A DNA stretch of 64,000 bases from an uncultured Pseudomonadota bacterium (GTDB lineage Bacteria; Pseudomonadota; Gammaproteobacteria; Burkholderiales; SG8-39): assembly GCA_937907425.1 (NCBI GenBank), contig CALCIE010000075.1:2897-66896 (forward strand), in the 5' to 3' direction. Position numbers and translations under genes: made by a program. Positions within the stretch are counted from its first letter, which is position 1; each line of letters opens with the position of its first letter. Shown piece after piece: positions 37,026 through 44,881 of the stretch. Under the pieces are notes generated by a model. It was not told the origin of the DNA. It saw nothing but the letters and a program-made list of their open reading frames with translations, and did no database searches.

Positions 37026-37646
37026 CTAGAACCAGCTTTGCGGAATGATCAGCACGTCTCCCGGCTTCACGTCCACGTTGGCCGTCACGTCGCCCCGTTT
37101 GACCAGATCCTTCAACCGCACCGTGTACTGCTTGCCGCCTTCCGAAGTACGCAACAGCACCGACGCATTGCCGTCGGCGAAATCGGTCAGCCCGCCGACC
37201 GCGATCATCACGTCGAGCAGGGTCATGTTCTGGCGATAGGGCAGCGTCTGCGGTTTGCCCGCTTCGCCGATGACGCGGATCTGTTCGCTGTAGGGACCGA
37301 CGAAGTTGGTGACGATGACCGTCACGACCGGATCGCGGATGTACTTGCTCAGCGCTTTCTCGATGTCGCGCGCGAGCGTGGTCGGGTCCTTGCCCGCGGC
37401 GGGCAGGTCTTCCACCAGCGGCGTGGTGATCAGTCCGTCCGGGCGCACCGGCACGGCGAGCGAAAGTTCCGGGTTGCGCCACACGATGATGCTGACCTGG
37501 TCGCCCGGGCCGATGACATAGCGGTAATCCGGTGTCGCCGCGGAAGTCGGCGCCGGCGGATAACCGATCCCAGTGCCGCAGCCGGCGAGCAATGCGGCAC
37601 ACAGCATGGCGAACATGTGATGACGGAACTGTGCGGCAACAGACAT
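37026..37646 (-). CDS. polysaccharide export outer-membrane lipoprotein (Wza-like, PEP-CTERM system-associated)
   Basis: ATG 37646 preceded by GGGAGA. Lipobox MFAMLCAALLAGCG. Poly_export block YVIGPGDQVSIIVW, SLBB-like C-terminus, ends ...IIPQSWF. First gene of the operon. Confidence 0.85.
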   Translation of the reverse strand: MSVAAQFRHHMFAMLCAALLAGCGTGIGYPPAPTSAATPDYRYVIGPGDQVSIIVWRNPELSLAVPVRPDGLITTPLVEDLPAAGKDPTTLARDIEKALSKYIRDPVVTVIVTNFVGPYSEQIRVIGEAGKPQTLPYRQNMTLLDVMIAVGGLTDFADGNASVLLRTSEGGKQYTVRLKDLVKRGDVTANVDVKPGDVLIIPQSWF

Positions 37647-37902
37647 CGACGGTCTCCCTAATTGACGATCGTTCGTTGGTCTTCTCGGCTGGAGCCGTAC
37701 ACCGATTCGAAACTCCGTTGGACATGGGCTGGAACGCGCTCGGCATACACGCGCGGACAGTAGAGCCGCGAGACTAACTCCGCCCTCTGTACCGATGGGC
37801 GAAATTGACAATGTTTAACTGCCGCTCCGTGTGCTGGACGCATGCCATATACGGCAAGCGCTGCGCCGGAACCGGTGCGCGCGACAGTTGTTGACGAGGT
37901 TG

Positions 37903-38955
37903 TTAAATCTGATGACGGTAGACGAGCGCGCTCGCGCGCGGACGGCCGGCACGCACCGCAGGCGGCGCGGCGTAGCCGAAACGGAACACCATGACCGGAT
38001 GCGCATCGGGCACCAGTTCGCGCCAGGCGCGCACTAGGCGCGCACGCGCCGCGTCGTCGAGCGCGCTGCGCCCGGCGCGTGCGAGCGCCACGGCGGCGGC
38101 GAAGGGTTGCGCGGCGAGCCCCCGGCGCGTGGCGGCAAGCCAGAGGCGCTCCATCGCTCTGCCCGCCCGCAACAGCGCATCGACACTTTCCAGCGCCGTG
38201 CGTGAGGCCAGCACACAAAGATGCGGCGCCCGGCGCGCGGGAAACGCGCTCGCACGCGCAGCGATAGCGTGATGCAACCCCGCGCGGGCAAGCGCTCGCG
38301 CCAGCGGCCAATGGCGTAACAGCGAGAATGCGCCGCGCATGCCCGGCTCGATCCCGAGCGCCGCGGGCGGCAATCCTTCTTCCGCGCTGCGCCGCCAGCC
38401 GACGTCGAAGCGGATGCCGGCGAACATCGCCCGGTGCAATTCGGCGTTGGCATAACGGTGCGCTTCGGCTTCGCGCAGCAGCCTGCACAGCGGCTTGCGG
38501 GTCTCGTCGTCATCGAACCAGTGCAGCCGCCAGTTGCCGCCCAGGGGAGCGAGCGCGGCTTCGAGCGCCGCCCGCTCGTCGGCGCTCAGACGCGGACCGC
38601 GATAGAACAGTCGCCGGTTGGTGTGACGTTGCCCGATACAGGCCGCGAGCTCGTCGGGTGCCGCGTCCCGATGCACGAAGTCGATGCGGATGTCCGCGAG
38701 CTCCGACAGACGGTCGCGCGCGATCTCGCAACGCAGACCGTGCACGCTGGCGGCAACGACGATGTTCTCCAGAGCCGCGCCGATCGACAGCCACATGGCG
38801 TAATGCTGGTCCGCGCTCGCCTGCGCGATCGCCGGATCGGGATGCAGACGCAACTGCATGCCTTCGAAACTGTAACGGAAGGCATGGCGGTTCTCGGCCG
38901 AAGGCGCCCACACCGCCGCTTCGAGCAGATCGCGTCGCACCGCCGCGTCGAGCAC
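37903..38955 (-). CDS. double nitroreductase-fold protein (Acg/Rv1355c C-terminal-domain-like)
   Basis: GTG start 38955 lies 3 nt after the ThiF stop. AAVWAPSAENRHAFRY near the N-terminus and a second lobe (LWLAATRRGLAAQP) fit two-lobed nitroreductase-superfamily proteins. Family call is tentative. Confidence 0.6.
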   Translation of the reverse strand: MLDAAVRRDLLEAAVWAPSAENRHAFRYSFEGMQLRLHPDPAIAQASADQHYAMWLSIGAALENIVVAASVHGLRCEIARDRLSELADIRIDFVHRDAAPDELAACIGQRHTNRRLFYRGPRLSADERAALEAALAPLGGNWRLHWFDDDETRKPLCRLLREAEAHRYANAELHRAMFAGIRFDVGWRRSAEEGLPPAALGIEPGMRGAFSLLRHWPLARALARAGLHHAIAARASAFPARRAPHLCVLASRTALESVDALLRAGRAMERLWLAATRRGLAAQPFAAAVALARAGRSALDDAARARLVRAWRELVPDAHPVMVFRFGYAAPPAVRAGRPRASALVYRHQI

Positions 38956-38958
38956 CGT

Positions 38959-39822
38959 TCAATCCTTGGCCGCAAGCTGACGCGCGATGAGACGCATCAG
39001 CAGTTTCTGCAGCGGATTGGCGTTGCCCCAGGGCCGCCAGGTTTTTTTGTATTTGTTGCGGTAGGCGTCGAAATGCAGGCCGTACGGTGCGCTCACCACC
39101 TCACCGCGCCGCAGGATGAGCTTGAGCGTCTCGGTCGCTGCCACGCCCGCGCAGAGCTGGCAGGCCATGGGCGTCGAGGGTCCGGCGCCGCGCGCCAGCG
39201 CGACGCGGCTGCGGTCCACGAGATAGCTGCGTTGCAGCATGGCAGGCGTGAGGCCGGCGAGGAAACGCAACGCCATCTCGGCCTCCGAGCGGCCTTCCAG
39301 ACGGAAGTATTCCTCGAAGCTCATGCCGCCCGGCAGGAAGTTGAGCAGCGCAACGCCCATGCCGATGGGTGCCGCGGTGGTGGCCGGCACGCCGAGCCGC
39401 GCGCAGGCGGCGAAGGTCATGCGGCGCGCCTCGAAAGCGAAGAAGTCGAGCCCGTCCACATAGACGTCGGCGTCACGCAGGAAGTCGTCGACGTTGTGCG
39501 GCTGGACGCCTTCGGGAAAGATACGGATGTCCAGCTCGGGGTTGATGTCGCGCGCCATTTCGACCATCACCTCGAGTTTCGGCCGCCCCAGCGTGGACAT
39601 GGCCGCGCCGGCCTGGCGGTTGAAGTTCGCCAGCCCGAACCGGTCGAACTCGGCCAGATTGAAGGCGCCGATCCCCAGCCGCGCGAGCGTCAGGAGATGG
39701 AAACCGCCCACGCCGCCCAGCCCGGCGATCGCCACCCGCGCACGGCGCAGCTTTTGCTGTTCGGCCGGCGTCACCCAGCCGATGTTGCGCGTAAAAGCGG
39801 CGTCGTAATCGAAGGCGTTCAC
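38959..39822 (-). CDS. ThiF/MoeB/E1-family adenylyltransferase
   Basis: GTG start. FTRNIGWVTPAEQQKLRRARVAIAGLGGVGG (dinucleotide fold), DFDRF..ANFNRQ-type block (AEFDRFGLANFNRQ), single CxxC (CQLC). Confidence 0.85.
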   Translation of the reverse strand: MNAFDYDAAFTRNIGWVTPAEQQKLRRARVAIAGLGGVGGFHLLTLARLGIGAFNLAEFDRFGLANFNRQAGAAMSTLGRPKLEVMVEMARDINPELDIRIFPEGVQPHNVDDFLRDADVYVDGLDFFAFEARRMTFAACARLGVPATTAAPIGMGVALLNFLPGGMSFEEYFRLEGRSEAEMALRFLAGLTPAMLQRSYLVDRSRVALARGAGPSTPMACQLCAGVAATETLKLILRRGEVVSAPYGLHFDAYRNKYKKTWRPWGNANPLQKLLMRLIARQLAAKD

Positions 39823-39850
39823 GAGGGCTCGGACTCCGGAATCGGGCGGC

Positions 39851-41140
39851 GTGCCGCGAGATGCCAGGATCGTGCCGGGTGCGAACGACTTGCTTTTGGA
39901 AATCCGGCCGACCGTCTTGCTGACCGATCTCTACATCGCCTTGCGTAACGTGCTGCGCCACCGGCGCCGCAGCCTCATGGGCATCGCCTCCATCGCCTTC
40001 GGCATCGTCGCCCTCATGCAGGCCGCGGGCTTCGTGGAATGGGTGTACTGGGCCATGCGCGAGGACACCATCCGTTCGCGCCTGGGGCACATACAGGTCG
40101 TCCGGGAAGGCTATCGCGAACGCGGCCAGGCTGATCCTTTCGCCTATCTGCTGCCGCAGCGCTCGCCGGTGCTCGATGCGATCGAAGCGCTGCCGCACGT
40201 GGTGACGGTGGCCCCGCGCCTGCATTTCTCCGGGCTGGCGAGCGCAGGCGACACCACCTTGTCCTTCATCGGCGAGGGCATGCTGCCCGAGCGCGAGACG
40301 GCCTTCGATCGCGGCGTGGTGTTCACGGCCGGGCGCGACCTCGCCGCGGACGAAAGCGCAGGTATGGTGCTCGGCCACGGACTGGCGCGCAATCTCGGTG
40401 CCGCGATCGGCGACAACGTCGTGCTGGTGGTCAACACCGCCTCCGGCGGCATCAACGCGGTGGAAGGACCGGTGCGCGGCACCTTTTCCACGGTGGCGAA
40501 GAGCTACGACGATTCGGCCCTGCGCGTGCCGCTCGCGCTGGCGCAGCAGCTGCTGCGCGTGGAAGGCGCGCACGTGTGGATCGTGGTCCTCGACGACACC
40601 GCCCGCACCGACGAAACGCTGACCCTGCTGCGCGCACGCTACGGCGACAGCGAACGTCTCGCGTTCATTCCCTGGTACGAGCTGGCGGACTTCTACAACA
40701 AGACGGTGGCGCTGTTCTCCAAACAGGTGGGCGTGGTGAAGCTCATCATCGCCGTCATCATCGTGCTCAGCATTTCCAACACCCTCACCATGAGCGTGCT
40801 GGAACGCACCGGCGAAATCGGCACCACGCTCGCGCTGGGCGCGACGCGGCGGCAGATCCTGCGGCGCTTTCTGGGCGAAGGGCTGTTCCTGGGCGTGATC
40901 GGCGGGCTGGTCGGCCTCGCCCTCGGCTGGCTGCTCGCGCTGGCGATTTCGGCGGTGGGGATTCCGATGCCGCCGCCGCCCGGTATGGCGCGCGGTTTCA
41001 CGGGCGCGATCCGCGTCACGCCGGCGCTCGCTTTCGATGCCTGGCTGCTTGCGGTGCTCACCACGCTCGCGGCCAGCGTCTACCCCGCCTGGCGCGCGTC
41101 GCGGCTGGAAATCGTCGACGCGTTGCGGCACGCGCGCTAG
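39851..41140 (+). CDS. FtsX/MacB-type ABC transporter permease 1 (LolC/E-like)
   Basis: LRNVLRHRRRSLMGIASIAFGIVALM (TM1), large periplasmic domain, three C-terminal TM, ends YPAWRASRLEIVDALRHAR. No in-frame ATG near the 5' end. Candidate starts are GTG 39851 / 39872 and TTG 39890 / 39896 / 39917. Confidence 0.8.
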   Translation: MPRDARIVPGANDLLLEIRPTVLLTDLYIALRNVLRHRRRSLMGIASIAFGIVALMQAAGFVEWVYWAMREDTIRSRLGHIQVVREGYRERGQADPFAYLLPQRSPVLDAIEALPHVVTVAPRLHFSGLASAGDTTLSFIGEGMLPERETAFDRGVVFTAGRDLAADESAGMVLGHGLARNLGAAIGDNVVLVVNTASGGINAVEGPVRGTFSTVAKSYDDSALRVPLALAQQLLRVEGAHVWIVVLDDTARTDETLTLLRARYGDSERLAFIPWYELADFYNKTVALFSKQVGVVKLIIAVIIVLSISNTLTMSVLERTGEIGTTLALGATRRQILRRFLGEGLFLGVIGGLVGLALGWLLALAISAVGIPMPPPPGMARGFTGAIRVTPALAFDAWLLAVLTTLAASVYPAWRASRLEIVDALRHAR

Positions 41141-41150
41141 AGGGCAGCCG

Positions 41151-42374
41151 ATGCGCATCCCGATCCTCCGACTGGCTTCGCGCAACATCCTCCGGCACAA
41201 GCTGCGCACGGCGATGACGCTCGCCGCTATCGTCATCGGCGTGTGCGGGATCATCCTCACCGGCGGCTTCGTGCGGGACATCTTCGTCCAGCTCGGCGAA
41301 AGCTTCATCCATTCCCAAAGCGGCCATCTGCAAGTGGCCAGGCCGGAATTCTTCGGTGAAGGTTCGCGCCGTCCGGAAGCCTTCCTCATCGAGGACGAGG
41401 AGGCGCTGAAACGCCTGGTCGCCGCCCAGCCGGGCGTGGCCTTCGCCATGGGCCGGCTCAATTTCCACGGCCTGCTCAACAACGGCCGCACGGATTGGGC
41501 GGTGATCGCCGAAGGCGTCGAGCCCCAGCTCGAAGCGCGGCTCGGCTCCTCCTTGCAATACATCGCCGGCACGCCGCTCGGCGTGGAGGACGACAACGCC
41601 ATCGTCATCGGCGAAGGGGTGGCGCAGACGCTCGATCTGGCGCCCGGCGATGCGGTCACGCTGGTGGTCAGTACGCCCGAAGGCGCCATGAACACGCTCG
41701 ATTTCGCGGTGCAGGGCGTGTTCCGCACGTTCTCGCGCGATTACGACGCGCGCGCGGTGCGCCTGCCGCTCGCCGCCGCGCAGGATCTGCTCGCCACGCC
41801 GGGCGTGAGCGTGATCGTGGTGGCGCTGGAACACACGGAAGACACGGCGCTCGCCAAGCGCCGCATCGCCTCTGCCGTGCAAGCGCAGGGCCTCGCGGTG
41901 CGCGACTGGCAGGAGTTGAACGATTTCTACGAAAAGACGGTCGCGCTCTACGAGCGGCAGTTCGGCGTGTTGCAGCTCATCATCCTCGTCATGGTGCTGC
42001 TCACCGTGACCAATACCGTCAACATGGCGGTGTTCGAGCGGCAGGGCGAGTTCGGCACCATGCGCGCGCTGGGCAACCGCGGCCGCGACGTCTTCGCCCT
42101 GGTGGTCACTGAGAGCCTGCTGCTCGGCGCGATCGGCGCGGCGATCGGCATCGTGCTCGGCATCCTGCTCGCCCTGACGATCTCGACCGTGGGCATTCCC
42201 ATGCCGCCGCCGCCCAATTCCAACGCGGGTTACACCGCTTACATCCGCCTGGTACCCGACGTGATCGCGGGCGCGGGCCTGGTCGGGATGCTTGCGGCGT
42301 TGTTCGCCAGCCTGCTGCCGGCATGGCGGGTGGCGCGCACGCCGATCGTGGATGCGCTGCGCCAGAACGTCTGA
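41151..42374 (+). CDS. FtsX/MacB-type ABC transporter permease 2 (LolC/E-like)
   Basis: ATG 41151 lies 10 nt after the permease-1 stop. MRIPILRLASRNILRHKLRTAMTLAAIVIGV..., same architecture, ends LPAWRVARTPIVDALRQNV. Confidence 0.85.
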   Translation: MRIPILRLASRNILRHKLRTAMTLAAIVIGVCGIILTGGFVRDIFVQLGESFIHSQSGHLQVARPEFFGEGSRRPEAFLIEDEEALKRLVAAQPGVAFAMGRLNFHGLLNNGRTDWAVIAEGVEPQLEARLGSSLQYIAGTPLGVEDDNAIVIGEGVAQTLDLAPGDAVTLVVSTPEGAMNTLDFAVQGVFRTFSRDYDARAVRLPLAAAQDLLATPGVSVIVVALEHTEDTALAKRRIASAVQAQGLAVRDWQELNDFYEKTVALYERQFGVLQLIILVMVLLTVTNTVNMAVFERQGEFGTMRALGNRGRDVFALVVTESLLLGAIGAAIGIVLGILLALTISTVGIPMPPPPNSNAGYTAYIRLVPDVIAGAGLVGMLAALFASLLPAWRVARTPIVDALRQNV

Positions 42375-42410
42375 GACATTCGCGGCGCCGGTCGTCCGGC
42401 CTTTGTCTAT

Positions 42411-42440
42411 GTCGCCATATGGCGACTCGCGTTTTTCTTT
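42411..42440 (+). terminator. weak hairpin + T-rich tract after the permease genes
   Basis: GTCGCC-ATAT-GGCGAC (42411-42426) followed by TCGCGTTTTTCTTT. Confidence 0.4.
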
Positions 42441-42566
42441 GAAATGCGTGGCTTAGCCGAATGTACCGCGCGGCCGTCGTTGCAACCCAACGTCCGCTCT
42501 CGCAACGGCTCTCCACTCTTTGAGAGAACGAACTGATTATTAAGACTTTTCCATCGTGGCGCGGGG

Positions 42567-42596
42567 CTTGCTCAATGAGCGCGAGCAGGTTTTTTT
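42567..42596 (+). terminator. terminator/attenuator-like hairpin + T7 immediately upstream of NAS-A
   Basis: CTTGCTC-AATGAGCGC-GAGCAGG (7 bp including one G:U) followed by TTTTTTT (42590-42596), 30 nt before ATG 42626. Confidence 0.5.
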
Positions 42597-42625
42597 ACAA
42601 CGACTCATAAGCAGGGCCATCCCAT

Positions 42626-43345
42626 ATGCATATCGCTCGATTTGCCGTCGCGCATCGCCTCGAAAACGATCACCGCATGAGCGAGCTCGGCGAACGATGG
42701 CGCAGCGGCAAACCGTTCATCCTCACCCCCGCGTCGTTCAAGCGTTGCGTGCTGGAAGATGTGCATCTGAATGTGCGCGCCACCATCGCCGACCGTCCTG
42801 CCGACTTCGAGGCCGCGCGCCTGCTGGTCGCCCAGCGCTACACCGCGCGCGGCTACCGCAGCATGTGCGACGCCGGCCGGCCATGCCAGGAAACGCATGC
42901 CGTCACCATCCTGGCGGCCCGGGACAGCCGCACGGTGGGCACCATGACTCTGCGCTTCGATTCCAGCGAGGGTTTGAACGTGGACGAGGCCTACCGCACG
43001 GAAGTCAACGCAGTGCGCGCAGGCGGCGGCGTGGTCTGCGAACTGACCTGCCTGGCCGTGGCGCAAGGCACCGACTCCCACGCCGTGCTGGCGGTGCTGT
43101 TCCGGATGGCTTTTTATGTCGCGGACAAAATGGGCGTGACCGACGTGTTCATCGAAGTGAACCCGCGCCACGAACGTTTCTACAGGCGTGTGCTCGGTTT
43201 CGCCGTGGCCGCCGAACAACGGCTTTGTCCGCGCGTGCAGGCGCCGGCCGTGCTGCTTCATCAGGACATGGTCGCGCTCGGAAAGCGTCTGGGCGGTTTC
43301 CCGCCGCCGACCGAGTACGGCACGCGCGCCCTCGCAGCAACTTGA
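42626..43345 (+). CDS. FeeM-type long-chain N-acyl amino acid synthase, exosortase-associated type (NAS-A; TIGR03694-like from memory)
   Basis: 239 aa. Blocks LLVAQRYTARGY, GTMTLRFDSSEGLNVDEAY, CELTCLAVA, FIEVNPRHERFYRRVLGF, VQAPAVLL. Paralogous to 46417..47286. Confidence 0.7.
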   Translation: MHIARFAVAHRLENDHRMSELGERWRSGKPFILTPASFKRCVLEDVHLNVRATIADRPADFEAARLLVAQRYTARGYRSMCDAGRPCQETHAVTILAARDSRTVGTMTLRFDSSEGLNVDEAYRTEVNAVRAGGGVVCELTCLAVAQGTDSHAVLAVLFRMAFYVADKMGVTDVFIEVNPRHERFYRRVLGFAVAAEQRLCPRVQAPAVLLHQDMVALGKRLGGFPPPTEYGTRALAAT

Positions 43346-43367
43346 GTTCCTCCCTGGCCCTCCGCCT

Positions 43368-43396
43368 CGGGCGGTCTGCGGATCGCCCGTTTTTTT
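43368..43396 (+). terminator. rho-independent terminator of NAS-A
   Basis: CGGGCG-GTCTGCGGAT-CGCCCG followed by TTTTTTT (43390-43396). Confidence 0.7.
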
Positions 43397-43399
43397 AGT

Positions 43400-44866
43400 T
43401 TAGAAGTCGTAACGCAGCTCGGCGTACACGCGGTCGCGGTTGTTATAGCGGCCGAAGAACCCGTCGTCGGGCCCGGCGAAGATGTCGACCCCGAAGGCCA
43501 GCGTGGCGTTCTGCGTCACGTACCAGTTGAGCCGCGGCCGCAGCATGCGGTCGCCGCCGTGCGAGAGGCTTTGAATCCAGAGCAGTTGCGGCTCCAGCAC
43601 AGGCGTGATCTTGTGACTGATCCACACGCTCGCGCCGAAACCGTCGGACTTGGGCACGATGTGGTCGGCGTCGCCGAAGATATGACGATGAAAGACCTGG
43701 ATGTTGAGCCGCGTGTCGGCCGGCACGGCGATGTCGAAGCCGAGGATGTAGTCGAAACTGTTGCGCTTCACCACGCCGTCGGCGTCGTCGAGCGTATCGA
43801 CGCTGTAGCGCTGGCCGTCGGTATAGACCGCTTCCCCGCGCAGCACGAAGGCGCCGAGATCCTTGCTCAGGGTCGCGCCCGCCTGCCAGATCCGCGCGTG
43901 CCGCGGCGTGAACACGGCAATCGGCGTGCCGTTCACCGGCACGATGTCGCGATGGAAAGTCGGCGTGGCGCTGTGGCTGCGGTAATAGAAGGCGGCGAGG
44001 TCCCAGCCGTCGACGAGCGTGTTCACGCGCACGCCCCATGCGGAATTGGAGACGTTGCGCGCCGGGCGGTCGTCCGAAGCGAAGACGGCATCGGGGATGT
44101 CGTCGGCGATAAGCCCCGCGGGATAGAACTCCGCGCCCGGCCTGCCGATCTCGTCGTAGCTTTGATAGGGAATCCACACCAGCTCCGCGTGCCAGTCGTT
44201 GCCGAAGTATTCGGCGCGCGCGGCCCACTGCGGAATGCGGATGACGTCGAAGCTCGGCAGGATGAAGTCGCGCTGGTCGCGCGCGGAGACCACGTCGGCG
44301 AAGAACAGTCCCACCACTTCGCCCCAGATGATGTGCTGGCGCCCGAGCCGGAACTCCCAGTCTCCGGCGCTGAAGTCGAGATAGTTCTCGCGCAGCATGA
44401 ATTCGAAGTCCTGGTCGTCCTGCACCCGGCCGGGATAGAAGTTGCTGTCGAAATACACCGGATCGATGTCGGCGCGCGCGGATACGACGTAGCGCACGCC
44501 GGGGACGAGTTCGCCGCGGCCTTCCAGTTGCAGCCGCGAGACGGCGCGCGACCAGTGACCGGGATGGCTGTGCGTGTAGGCGAGCTGACCGTTGTAGAAG
44601 CCGCCCCAACGGAAGGCCCGCGCCGGTTCTTCCTTCTCCTCGAGCCCGAACAATTCGCCGCGCGAAGGCTGAGATTCCGCCGGCGGAGCGGGCGGCGTAC
44701 CGAACAGCTCGTCGCGGGAGCGCGGCTCGGGCGGCGGCGTCTCAGGCTTCGCCGGACTGACGCCGAAGAGCTCGTCGCGCGAAGCCTGTGCGAACGCGTC
44801 GACATGCGCGGCGCAGAACGCGGTCCACAGCAGCGCCGGTACTATCGTCCTCATCATCCAGTTCAT
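43400..44866 (-). CDS. outer-membrane beta-barrel protein (DUF1302/alginate-export-like) with N-terminal ELFG repeats
   Basis: GGGAG RBS. Signal peptide MNWMMRTIVPALLWTAFCAAHVDAFA. Three (S)R(D/G)ELFG repeats with Pro-rich linkers. FRLGRQHIIWGE block, alternating strands, C-terminal ...AELRYDF. Confidence 0.7.
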   Translation of the reverse strand: MNWMMRTIVPALLWTAFCAAHVDAFAQASRDELFGVSPAKPETPPPEPRSRDELFGTPPAPPAESQPSRGELFGLEEKEEPARAFRWGGFYNGQLAYTHSHPGHWSRAVSRLQLEGRGELVPGVRYVVSARADIDPVYFDSNFYPGRVQDDQDFEFMLRENYLDFSAGDWEFRLGRQHIIWGEVVGLFFADVVSARDQRDFILPSFDVIRIPQWAARAEYFGNDWHAELVWIPYQSYDEIGRPGAEFYPAGLIADDIPDAVFASDDRPARNVSNSAWGVRVNTLVDGWDLAAFYYRSHSATPTFHRDIVPVNGTPIAVFTPRHARIWQAGATLSKDLGAFVLRGEAVYTDGQRYSVDTLDDADGVVKRNSFDYILGFDIAVPADTRLNIQVFHRHIFGDADHIVPKSDGFGASVWISHKITPVLEPQLLWIQSLSHGGDRMLRPRLNWYVTQNATLAFGVDIFAGPDDGFFGRYNNRDRVYAELRYDF

Positions 44867-44881
44867 GCCCGCACTCCCAGT

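Noticed and set aside
37729-37746. sigma-54-like CTGGAAC-N..-CGGCAT with correct GG-N10-GC spacing upstream of the XrtA operon
   Set aside because: It lies on the plus strand, pointing away from the operon into the 3' end of the converging nitroreductase-like gene. The -12 TTGC is degenerate and there is no downstream plus-strand gene.
42556-43398. 280-aa plus ORF overlapping NAS-A in another frame
   Set aside because: Arg/Ala/Pro-rich sequence with no motifs. The NAS-A frame has a clear paralogue (NAS-B) supporting it.
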